A stretch of DNA of 63,544 bases, the filler included, from Choristocarpus tenellus KU-1152 (Eukaryota > Protista > Phaeophyceae): NCBI GenBank assembly GCA_964200185.2. It is 5 parts of 5 records of this genome, joined end to end, with 100 filler letters (N's around TTAATTAATTAA, not from the genome) between each part and the next. Parts side by side here need not be neighbours in the genome. Positions count along the whole stretch, not along the records: positions 38,758 to 50,154 come from CAXNAD020002339.1; positions 50,255 to 63,544 come from CAXNAD020001537.1; 3 more parts are not named here. One strand, given 5' to 3'. Shown piece by piece: positions 38,758 through 50,538 of the stretch. The translations under genes and the position numbers were made by a program. Each line of letters starts with the position of its first letter. The stretch's first letter is position 1. Under the pieces are notes generated by a model that did no database searches, had not been told where the DNA came from, and was given only the letters and a program-made list of their open reading frames with translations.

Positions 38758-39989
38758 TGGGTTTTCTGGGTTCAAATATATTGTAATTGGACAAAACATT
38801 ATTCCTTACGTTTATTTTCGGTTATGACTGAAAGAGGAAACACACACACACTAAATTACCAAATGACATTAATTCTAACTTTAAACGAAACGTTTCGCTT
38901 CACTGAATCATGTTCGGAGTTGGAAAGCACAGCTTACTCAGCCCCAGGTTTCAGCTGCTGTACCTCTTTTGATGTATTTTGCTAATTCTCCAATCAAGTG
39001 ATTTGTATCAACCTACCATTATCTGGTACTCTATCAGTGCTACAGCATTAGTTGGAGGTGTGAATGCACACTATCTCCCCTAACACAGTAATACACTGTT
39101 CGTGCTAGTACATATTTGCTTGGAAACCCTATTTCAACAGGAGGTAATGTGCTAATGGATCAATACCTTCTTAACTGTATAGGCTGTGTATGACATTTGA
39201 CATGTATTACAATTTTCAAAACAGTACGGAAATTGTGTTATTTTGCACTGTTGCTTTGGGACTTGCGCTAAAGATGGATATTAGGCAGTTGTTGCCAGAC
39301 TGATAGTTAAGATAATAGAATGTTCATGTTTTCCGCGGTAGCAATTTTTACATAACTTTACGTACAAAGAACATTGAAGGGATATAGGAGCATCGTAACT
39401 GACTGGTTTCTTACATATATTTTCCTGATCATTTCGTTCTGCCTGTGCAGCTGGGCTAAAGTCACTCAATATAAAATATGTGTAAGAAACTCAGGAGGAA
39501 AAAGTCAACCTTGACATCACACTGGTAAGACATTATTTTTAACAGTCATCCGTTAGTTACCATTGCATCCACGTTATATGTAGCGTTGCCTTATCACGAA
39601 TGCCCTCGCACAAAATCACAAAATGAGAGAAAGCCATGGAAGCACTCAAGCCTCAACAATCAGCCGTCAAGACATCAAATCCTAATTCATGCAAATATTC
39701 ATTACTGCATACACATTATGAATGCCGTTTTGAGCACGAAATACAGATAACTGAGCCACACGTACAAGCCATGCCCAGTCTTTTCACGACGTATTAACAA
39801 GAATAGTTCCCCATCGAATGAGGATTGCATTCACTGCCTTTCAAAAAGATGGAAATTCACACAATGACTTGTGTGCCTTACAAACCTAAAACATCAAAAG
39901 ACAATACTAACACATGCAAAAGTACAGCGAACCTAAAGGGTGTCACCAACTTGTGTCACACAACAATATGCTTATGTCGACCTAACAAC

Positions 39990-41694
39990 TTAGAAGCACT
40001 TGCGGTGCACAATAGACGGCCCAGACTCGTCATACTCTGCCTTGGAGATCCACATCTGCTGGAAGGTTGAGAGTGACGCAAGAATGGATCCTCCGATCCA
40101 CACAGAGTACTTCCGCTCGGGTGGGGCAACCACCTTGATCTTCATCGTGGAAGGCGCAACAGCAGTGAGCTCCTTGGTCATACGCTCACCAATACCGGGG
40201 AACATAGTTGTTCCGCCAGAGAGAACGATGTTACCGTAGAGGTCCTTGCGGATATCAACATCACACTTCATGATGGTCTGGAAGGTGCAATCGTGGAGTC
40301 CAGATGCCTCCTTACCGATGATGGATGGCTGGAACAGAACCTGTTTGTTTGAATTCGAGTGTTAATGATTTAGAACTTCTGTGAAGAATTGCAAGAAATG
40401 TGGATTGAACGTGTGGAGCGTAACATACCTCAGGGCAACGGAACCTCTCATTTCCAATAACGATGACATTGCCATCTGGAAGTTCGTACGACTTCTCCAG
40501 TTGGGAAGACTCAGCAGCGGTCTTCATTTCCTGGTCGAAGTCCAACGCAACGTAGGTGAGCTTCTCCTTGATGTCGCGCACGATCTCGCGCTCCGCAGTG
40601 GTGGTGAAGGAGTACCCACGCTCTGTCAGGACCTTCATGAGGTTATCTGTGAGGTCGCGCCCAGCCAGATCAAGACGGTTGATAGCGTGGGGTAGAGCGT
40701 AACCCTCATAAATGGGCACGGTGTGGGACACTCCGTCTCCAGAGTCGAGCACACACCCAGTAGTACGACCAGATGCATACAGGGAAAGCACGGCCTGGAT
40801 GTTAACGTACATGGCAGGCACATTGAAGGTCTCAAACATGATCTGTGTCATGCGCTCCTTGTTCGCCTTAGGGTTAAGAGGAGCCTCGGTAAGAAGGACA
40901 GGGTGCTCTTCAGGCGCAACACGGAGTTCGTTGTAAAAAGTGTGATGCCAGATCTTCTCCATGTCATCCCAGTTGGTCACAATACCGTGTTCAATCGGGT
41001 ATTTGAGGGTCAGCACGCCACGCTTGGACTGCGCCTCATCACCTACATAAGCGTCCTTCTGGTCCATGCCCACCTGCACAACAGCCGTGAAGAAGGGAAG
41101 GAGATGTGAGACAAGATATGACGCGCAAAGTGATGAACATGAGATGCCTAACACCGACAAGCAACGCTTGCTACAAAGCACAGACACATTTACACCAGAA
41201 TCACACCAGAATCTTACGCCTACACTCTCAGAGAACATATGATCTCCAAACGACGTTATGTGAGTAGACGTCAGATCGAGGACAACAAAAACTCAGCAAT
41301 CTGAGGACTTGCACATCATAGAGACGGCAGTAGAAAAAAGACCAGCTTGTAGTGACGCTGCACGAAATCCAACAGTTGGGTGAGGAGACTCGACCATTGT
41401 CTTCCACAGAACAATGCCAAAAAATTTAATGTCCATGAAGTATTGCCAAGCTGTACCTCCTGCCGGATGGCAGCAATTACAAGTACCATCCATATTCCAT
41501 TAACCTAGCCTCCTCTGACCCTTATCCATCCCTTCACATGGATACTCCCTATTTGTCACCATGATTCCTGGGTGCTTGGGGCGGCCAACGATGGAAGGGA
41601 ACACAGCGCGAGGTGCATCATCACCAGCGAAACCGGCCTTGCACATACCGGACCCATTGTCCACCACTAGCGCCTGAACGTCCTCGTCAGCCAT
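39990..41694 (-). CDS. ACT: Actin, 376 aa, 3 exons
   Basis: Exons 41694-41560, 41073-40429, 40340-39990 (both introns phase 0, GT-AG); [22 protein letters not shown]...SIVHRKCF; stramenopile-type MYVNIQAVL and [15 protein letters not shown]. Confidence 0.98.
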
Positions 41695-42414
41695 TGTTCA
41701 GGACAGTTATCGGCTTAGAAAAAGATGGAAGTAGGACTGTGTTGTGGGGTGTGTGGAGATGAGGAGTTGGGTGGATGAGAACTTGTATATTTTTGTTATA
41801 CTTTCTATTCTAATAACCAATGGGGAGGTTTGTATACAGCTGTTCCTAAACAAAGCTTCCGTTACGATTCTTGAAGAAATTATCTCAAATCATGACTTAT
41901 CACACAATTTATCATAATTATTTGTTTAAGATGATCAAATAATTCCCCATCTTTTTGTGGAGTGGTATGATATGAAATATTCTCTAGAAATAGTAATATT
42001 ATTTGGTTAAACAACCCCTAAAAATGTGGGAAAATGCCATTTTTTTAGAATATATTAAATTAGATAATTGAAAATATCTATCGCATTTACAATATCTATC
42101 ACAACTGTTCCGTAGACACATCTGTCAAATGTCAGATGGGATTATATTACATAATAAATTCATTATTCCAAAGATTTATTGTATGGTGTATTGTATAGTA
42201 CAGATGTTTTTCCTATAAAATGTTAGAGAACATATACCACTATATAGGAGCAGTACAACAGATTGTTGTTTGTTTGTTTGGCAACAAAAATGAACAGAAT
42301 ACCCATGCGGACAAATATCTTTTAGATTAGAGAAGATTAGAGATTTCTGCTATCTTCTCTGTTCGATTGTTTGATTTCTTGTTTGTTTTTGATGTAATAA
42401 TTATTTTTCTGGCT

Positions 42415-42463
42415 GTCGATCGCGCGAATTATAATCGCGCGTATATCTCGCGATCGCGCGATA
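42415..42463. promoter_or_regulatory. Cluster of ATCGCGCG motifs in the actin/GT60 bidirectional promoter
   Basis: gtcgatcgcgcgaattataatcgcgcgtatatctcgcgatcgcgcgata within an AT-rich intergenic region. Confidence 0.5.
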
Positions 42464-42633
42464 TTTTCTTTCATCCACCTTCAAATTGTGTTGTAGTTGA
42501 TGGATTGGCAGTTAATGGGTTGGTATGATTGTTGTGAGAAGGAATTGTGCGAAGGAAGATTGATCTCGTGTTCAAACCACCTGTACTATATTCTCAATGT
42601 TCAAGTTCAGCGGAACGGAATCAAGCCTATCAC

Positions 42634-45600
42634 ATGGTTCTGCAACACGCATCGGTTGGAGGGGTTACCCTGACACTGTTGGTGACTTCGATCTTGGATA
42701 TCCTTTGTTGGAGTGTTGCGCAACGCAGTAACTTGATCGAGATCGGGGAGTTGTACAATGGTCGAGTGGAGCCGAAGGGATTCGTTCCCATCTACCGTAA
42801 CAAAAGTGCTCCACAACCGGTGTGTTAGAGATGGTTGTACACAGTGCGTTATCGTGTTGCAAAGTAGGGTCAGATACTGGATTCGTGGTCTCACCAAGCA
42901 CATTCCCTGCCGATTGCTTTCGTCCACTACCAATTCCATGCTAGTATCCTCCGGTCTCAAATTCGTGGAATCTACCTGAAACAAGCCTATGGGTGGGCAT
43001 TGCATCTTTCCGCGACTCACGATGCGGGAAAACGCTTTTCAACATGTTCAGCAAAGCGGGTCATCCTAAACGTGTTTTCGCTGGGGTTGTTCAACAGAAT
43101 GACGATGGCGATGAGAGCTGCCTGGAGAATTATTGCAGACTAATGGCCGGGGAGGTATGAAAAATCAATGATGGCGTGCATGCATGTACATGCGAGAAAT
43201 CGCATTGACACATTGGCTCTTGTTGAAGGTTGTCAATCACTCGACCGTTCCACAACTTCACTGTACGACCGTACATATGTCTCCCCAACAACCAGACTGA
43301 GAATAAGGATGGAGGGGAGAGCAGCAACTGTCCTTACTTAGAAAATATCCGTGTCCTGGAGATGGATGCGAGTGAGGCACAGGGTCCTTGCTGGGGCCGT
43401 CACATGCAGTCCTACCTCCTGGCGGACGAGGAGTTTTGCATGCAGACAGACTCCCACGTGGACTATGTCAAGGACTGGGATGTCCTCATCATGAAGGAGT
43501 GGGGTGCTGCACGTAACGAGTGAGCTGATGCTGGTCAAGTCCTATATGTTTTCCTCTGGCCATCAATGTAGATAGAATAGACAAGCTTAACATCCCTGCT
43601 GGGACTTTGCAGTAGAGTAGATATGGGATTTAGAAAAATTGATGCGAAAAGATAGACTGTAAGAATTTCATGTATACCCTTAGTTCTTCATACATTGTCT
43701 TGTGATCTTGATCCTTACAGGGAAAACGAGAAGGACCCGTTTTGTGTACACCTTGAGTCGCAAGTTGAGTTTTTTTTTGTGCTTTCATTGTATTGTAACT
43801 AGGATTGTTAGTAGGAGCTGCGCCTTTCATACCCTCACCCACACAACCACTTGAAGCTGATTGCCCACTCGACCCGAAGGACAACCTCCCTACCTGTGTT
43901 ATTAAATCTCTGAAATGAGTTTAAGTCTTGTCCTGTCCTTTACAAATATCTAACCAAACTCCAAACCTTCACTGCTCCTCATTCACCTTTCCGACCTTTA
44001 ATATTTATTCTTATTACTCAACAACGGGGGGGGGGAAGATATGCTGTCCTAAGTACCTATGCACAAGATGTAGAAAATCTTGGAGTTAACATTCATAACT
44101 CGTGGGAGATGGCACATCTGTGTGAGGTTATCTTTCCGGGAAGTGGCCAGCCAAGGAACCAAAATGCCAGGGTGGGTGGGTTGATGTAGGTTGCTGTTTG
44201 CTTCTGCTACTGCATATTTGCAATTAGGTAGGCAAGACCTTGGAGTGACTGCTGTATGTTAAGGAGAGATAAGAATCATTGGCAGATGGCTGAGGGAGGA
44301 GAGTACGACAACATTGATTGGAACACATCACGAATTGATGTAATGCCGTTTGTGAGAATGTTTGGAAACTTGGTTAATGGGCGTGGATTTGGGATGAGTT
44401 GGACCGTGTTGTCATTAAGACACCGCAAAGAGCTCTATGTACAAAACGATCATCCAAGTAATTGTGCAAGAACCGACCGCTGCTTTGTCGAGGTCAGTTG
44501 TGAGCTCCCAAAGGGTACAAAGTAGGCAAGCTTTTGACTTTTCTGGTGAAAAGTGGGCAACTGTATTATTTTATCAATCAACAAGAGATGATATAATTGA
44601 ATTAGCGATGGTTTGTGATCACAACCTTGTCCTGCATATATATATATTTGTGTGTGTGTATTCCTAACTGAATGTTCTCAATGTGCTATGGCTCACCCCT
44701 CCCTTATTCCTGTGCTTCCACCTCGGTCCCTGTCACTTCAAGGCCATTCGCTTTATGAAAGAGCCCAAGCTGACCACCACATGGGGTGCAGGCTTCTCAT
44801 TCTCCAAGTGTCATGCAGAAAAGGCAGTCCCTTATGACCCGTATCTCAACCAGGTATTCTCTAGTGCCCACAATCTTCTTTCGCCCCCCCACCCTCAGTC
44901 ATGTTTCACTTTCCAATAAATATAGAACCTTCGATACTGCTTCCACCAATCCTCAAGTCCGCCAACTGGAATGAGTATTTCTTTGGTATGTATGATTTTG
45001 ACAGATTTTTGATGGGGAGGAGTTCTCGAAGATGGCACGGCTGTGGACCAGGGGCTATGATGTATACACACCTCGGAGGAGCTACATCGGACATGACTAC
45101 AAACACCATCCTACTGAGGTCAGTGGATTGCAGAGAGAGAGATTCAGCAGTGGCCTCAAATCTCAAACCTCCCCACCCACCCCTGCGCTGTGAATGAGTA
45201 AGCAATGTTTGTCTTCCTTACTCATGCATAATATGCTTTCCTAGTGTGAAGCCTTCGGGTGTAATTGTGGGTCTGATTTGCTGCAACGCAGAAGTTTATG
45301 TGCCTGGTTGTCAATTGTTGCAACAGGTGTCTTCTTGTACCCTAAGATGTTACTGTATAGACTGTTGATATTTGGAAGGATTTGTTCATTATAGTGCTTG
45401 TAATCTCCAAGTACATTTAACTAGAACAGTAGGATGATGATAGCACCAGTCTCAACGATACCCAAGCCCAAACCCTAGTCTTTTCCAAAAGGCAGGCAGG
45501 GATTGAAAGAGTAGCATTTAGTGTACCTCTCACATTCATGCAGTAGGACATCTTTGCCCTACAACATGGCATGGTGTCACTACCTCCCTTGTCTAATTTA

Positions 45601-47058
45601 TCCTGTGACCCTTTGCTTGCCATGCCCGCAAAAAACCCGGCCTCTCTCTATTCTCACACCACTCCCCAAAAACACCACCTGTGGCTGAGGTCAGACAACC
45701 ACCTGGAGGAAAAACAAAAGAGAGGTTCCTGACAGTGGTGCTTGGCACAATGCGGCCAACTTGCGGCTCTGGAACTTGTTGGAGATGCCGGGAGGGGATA
45801 AAAGTGGCCCAGCTGTGGAAGAGATGCAACGGGGGCCATGGGGCCTGGGAAACAAGAGGTCGCTGGATCAGTTCATTCGGTTCACCGGGGTAGGTGAAGG
45901 GGTGGGTGGATGAGTGGGCTGGTGGACATGATGAGACAGGTCTGCTAGCGTGTGCCCAGAACACAATGAAGACAATGCGAGAAGATGTGGAGAAGGATAT
46001 TCTAGAGCGGCAGGCGCATGGGGGTCATTTCAGTCGTTATCTCATTGAAGTAATAACTTTGCCTGTTCCTAGCCCTGTCCCCCCTCCTCACAATGAATTC
46101 CTGCCCTTGTTTTCCAATTTTCACCCACCCCCGCATCAGAGTTTCTTTGCTATCAAATACCATTATCTAGCCTTACCCTTGCACCTTTCTGCATGAGGCA
46201 GAACAACCCGCCCTTTTTGTCTGTAGCCTTGTCTATAAACCCTAACCCTAACTAACAATTAGTATCTAGGACACAAAGTCATGTGTCACATCTCTGCATC
46301 ACGGTGTGTAAACATTACATGAACTTCAATCTTGAAGTTAGTTGCCAGCAAGGTTTTCTTTAGTCCCCAATATCTCCTTTAAGAAATCCTCAAGTTACTT
46401 TCTTTGCTTTTCAACACTCAACCCGCATTCTGCATACTGCGAAATTTTGATGCTACAACACTACTCACAAAGCCATCGAATATTGAACCTGAATGAACCG
46501 GGATGCCAATAGGTTAATTTGCGCCAGAAGTCACACCTGGGGGTGACAGGGGATCGATGTGGAAGTGGAGTCGAGTGGGAACCATTTGAGATGGGATTGA
46601 GTCCCCCAGAATCAGAGGACAACACTGGTGTTGGCCCATACTGGGACAAAGTCATGGCAACCCTCACTGAAGCAGGGTTGGATGTGTGGTGGGACCCCCG
46701 GCCTGGTATGGGCCGCCAACTACCGTTAAACCAAGGCGACCGAGTAGCAACTGGGAGGAAGGCTAGTAGGGAGAGAGGGCTTCCCCCTGAGGAAGTAAGA
46801 GATGGTAATAACAGAGGAGGGGGGGAGGAAGGCATGGTTGAAAAGGGGAGTTGGACATTTTGGAAAATCCTGGGGCTGATGGTGATGATAGGAAGCATGC
46901 CAGTGGTGTGGGGGCTGGCAAATAGCATGAGGAAAAGGAAAGGAAAACCTAGGAAAGGAGGGCCTCCTGATGCTGGGGGGGGTGCAAGAAAAGGCCATAT
47001 TTCACAGCTGGGAGTGACTTCCTTCATGTGGCGAACGTCTAAGGATCATGTGGTGTAG
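42634..47058 (+). CDS. GT60 / GlcNAc-family glycosyltransferase (Skp1-HyPro/polypeptide alpha-GlcNAc transferase-like), 572 aa, 8 exons
   Basis: Exons 42634-42819, 42945-43154, 43296-43519, 44039-44171, 44743-44853, 45005-45118, 45695-45889, 46513-47058 (total 1719 nt, in frame). Motifs IASFRD, VVQQN, GPCWGR, MQTDSH, AVLSTY, WGAGFSF, VPYDP, FDGEE, ARLWTRGYDVYTP, GLG..RSL. Hydrophobic N-terminus and a C-terminal TM. Confidence 0.9.
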
Positions 47059-48060
47059 TGTATCACAGAGCAAAAGTTATATTATCACGAGGATGTGAAA
47101 CTTTTCTGTAGTAATATTTTTTTTACATCAGGTGTTTTATGATAGCGGTGGACTCTTGCACTCTAAAGGTTGTTTCGGGACCAGAAAAATATTTTTTTGT
47201 GAAAAGTCTGTTACGCAATTGATGTTTGTGGGGTGTATTGTACAGTCAACTCATGTGAGATAACTCTTCTCTGCCACCACCACCACAACCCCCAGCCTCA
47301 CATCCATCTCTCCCTTGTTTTCTAGGTGGGACAGGGGATTGTGGTAAGGATGGGAAGAGAGTGCAGTGTTTGTATTCTTGTGAATATGTATGGTTGTGTT
47401 GTTGAGTTACCCACAATTAGATCTGTTTTATTGCGAGGAACAGAGCATGAGTTTAATAATCAAGTGTGACATGTAGAGGATCTAATGCAGCAATGAGTAA
47501 GTGAGATGAGTGACTGAGGGAAGTTGATACGATTATATGCATCAAACTAATGCAAATTGTTTCATTTATTAGTCAAGGTGTCAACTTGGACGTTAGTTGG
47601 CACCTAAAGCAATTCAGAAGGCATTCCAAATTCAAGAAATCGGTGACCTAGTGCTATCAATTGTTTTTGTAACCCTCAGCATATTGTCATACCATGGTTC
47701 AAAGTCCCATATCGAGTCACTCTATCGAGGTGGTCAAAGAATCATTTGTTCAAGTACCACACAGACCGGCACCCAGCTGATTTCAGACCCGATCATTCAT
47801 TATTTGTGATGCACCAGAGAAGTAATCGACATCCAGTGGTATGTATACAGCCACACCCCATTGTAAACTGTATACTACATAGTATTTGAGAATGTGCTCT
47901 ACATTCCACCAGAGTTGTACCTCTGTTCGTAAACATAACAGTTTTGCAAGACCATCGAACAGTTGCATCACACACGGGGAACGAGAAAGCACAGTGCAGT
48001 TACAACCAACAGGCATACTATTACTGCCTCCCATTCCTACAACTCTAATAGAAGCTGAAG

Positions 48061-50131
48061 TCACTTCCCCAAAAACTTGAACGGCAGCTGAGGATCCACC
48101 CGCCCACACCCTGCATCCTCCATAGCCTCTCCGCCCCTCCTGAAGGCAATATCCAGACCTGGATTGCAGGTCTGTGAACTCTTTACTGCCTCCTCCGAGC
48201 GATAGTCATTGGCATTGGCACCCACCTGAAAAAAGAGAGTTCATGGATATGGCAATGGTGCTGTTTGTTATTTAGGTCAATTCAATGTCAGCAAGCCTCA
48301 ATAGCAACCTACAGGCTCAGAATACCTCAACTACCAGTTCTGCATCTCCCCAGATACACACAAAGCTCTCCCAGCTACCTTAATGTGGATTTACCTCAAG
48401 TGTGTGCAGCGCAGGGTGACCTGCTAGACCTTTCAACAGTGTCTCCAGTCCCTCTCCAGAAAGTCCATTGGCCCCAAGATCTACAGTAGACAGGGAGGCA
48501 TTTGCATGCACACCCTCGAGGACACCAGGTACCCCTGTGTGCAGGAGAGGAGTGGGGCATTGTGATACGCCTGCTTGTTTTCCGGGAGTATATAATAGTG
48601 GTCTCCATAGTTCAAAAGATCAAGGCATTAAAAAAAGAACTGAGGTCTTGTAATAGTCTGTGTCAGTGGAGTGAAAGGATAAGAGGGATGCCAAAGAAAT
48701 GCGCACAAACACCAAAACATGTAGGAAACCCACGCTTTTTCTTGTCAACTAACCCTTGATGCATCTCTATCCAAGCCTAGACTAGATAGAGACTCACAAA
48801 ACATGCACTTTTATCAAATACAGGATGGCACAGATGCACCCTCCTGTATAACGAAGTCAAATAATGAACAGAACACACAAAAACTTCGGTGATCCATTTT
48901 CAATCCCATGCCTGGAGGAATAGGATGTTTAGGATCACTAAAGGTGAGGGGGTTGGGGGCACTTCACTGGGTAGTCAAGGGTAGCAACATGCTTCCGGGT
49001 TCAGATTACAGGTTCAATTTTCCACACAATAAGAACACACATGAAAGTGGAACACCCAAGTCTTAGAGCAAACACTCCAATAATACTGTTGTGACACTGT
49101 TTACACTGTAAACAAAACAAAATATCACAAATTCCCATCAATCCGCCAAAGTTAGATACATAGCAAGTAGTGCACTGGTAAAGAAAGCAGCCCTATATAG
49201 CACAATAGAACAATAGGCTTGTAAATAAAAGAAAACAGAAGTACATAATCCAAATATCAGAAGGCACCATCACACCTTCATCCCCAACACTGTTGTGGAA
49301 GAGACATACTTCCTCCACACCAGCCAAGGACAAGGCGCATCCTGCCCCCTTCCCAGAAAGTCCATTCCCACTCAGATCCAGCCTCTTGAGACCTCGGTAC
49401 CCATCAAGCCTCAAAGCAGCACAAAGCGGTGCCACCCCCATGTCCCCCACTCGACAGTAAGCTAACTTCAGATTTTCCAGACCCCGCCCCCCACCTCTAC
49501 CAAAAGACTCTGACAGACTCATCAATCCCTCAACCCCCAAGTCATTCTTGGACAGGTCAAGCATAGATAGCATGAGGCCACCAGCACCTTCTCCTGCCCC
49601 CTCCTTAGCCTCGCATGGCACTCTGGGGCACATGGCAACACCTAGGGCAATGCAAGCCCCAGCAGCCAGGCCGGCCTCCGCCACAGCCAATGACCTCAGC
49701 AACGATGGACAACAACCTCCTGCGGACATGGCCTGGAACAGATCCCTCCCGCCCTCATCACCCAGAGGATTGCAGGATAGATCTAGATGTTCTAAAGGCG
49801 GTGGTCCACCTCGAGCTTGTTCCCCATCTCCAAGAGCAGTGTTGTCCTTACCTATTTCCTCCTTCTGAGGCTGAGCTCCTACTCCAGTGCTGGCAACATT
49901 ACCAACCTCAGTTTCAGTCCATGCAGCATTGACATCTCTGCCTTCTGGTAGGGGAGCACACATTGGGGTTATTGAGCCACCTAAAAGCGCCCTTGCAATA
50001 GAGGCAGCCCCAGGGCCACATAGTTTGTTCTCAGAGAGGTCAAGTCTCTTAAGTGCTGAGCTTTGGGCTAGACCACGGGCAAGGGACTGAACTGCAGGAT
50101 CTTCCAGTTTGTTGCGCCCAAGCTTAAGCTC
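48061..50131 (-). CDS. RNI-like leucine-rich repeat protein (partial, 5' end lost at contig break)
   Basis: Exons 50131-49276, 48534-48395, 48225-48061 (386 aa + stop); repeated LxxLDLSxNxLGxEG units. Confidence 0.85.
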
Positions 50132-50154
50132 CTGGGGGGGGGGGGGGGGAACCC

Positions 50155-50254
50155 NNNNNNNNNNNNNNNNNNNNNNNNNNNNNNNNNNNNNNNNNNNNTT
50201 AATTAATTAANNNNNNNNNNNNNNNNNNNNNNNNNNNNNNNNNNNNNNNNNNNN
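50155..50254. other. Artificial contig linker
   Basis: N44-TTAATTAATTAA-N44. Confidence 0.97.
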
Positions 50255-50538
50255 TTGTATACGTCGGATGGATAATTTAAGTGCACTTTTCCTGGTTTTG
50301 GTTCAAATGGACACCCCGGTGTAGACCCCTCCCCCCCCAAAAAAAATACTTTGGGCCGTTTCTAACATCATGCTATTTCCTCCCCTCACACTATAACACA
50401 CATGCAGTCTTTCACCTAGGGATGCCCCTGCCCCTGTGAGTTCAAAACCCACCGTGACCAGAAGCAGGTTGCCATCACAACACTCATGCTTGAAGGATAC
50501 GCCTGCTCTACCTCGTTCTTGTCTGTGCACACTTACAG

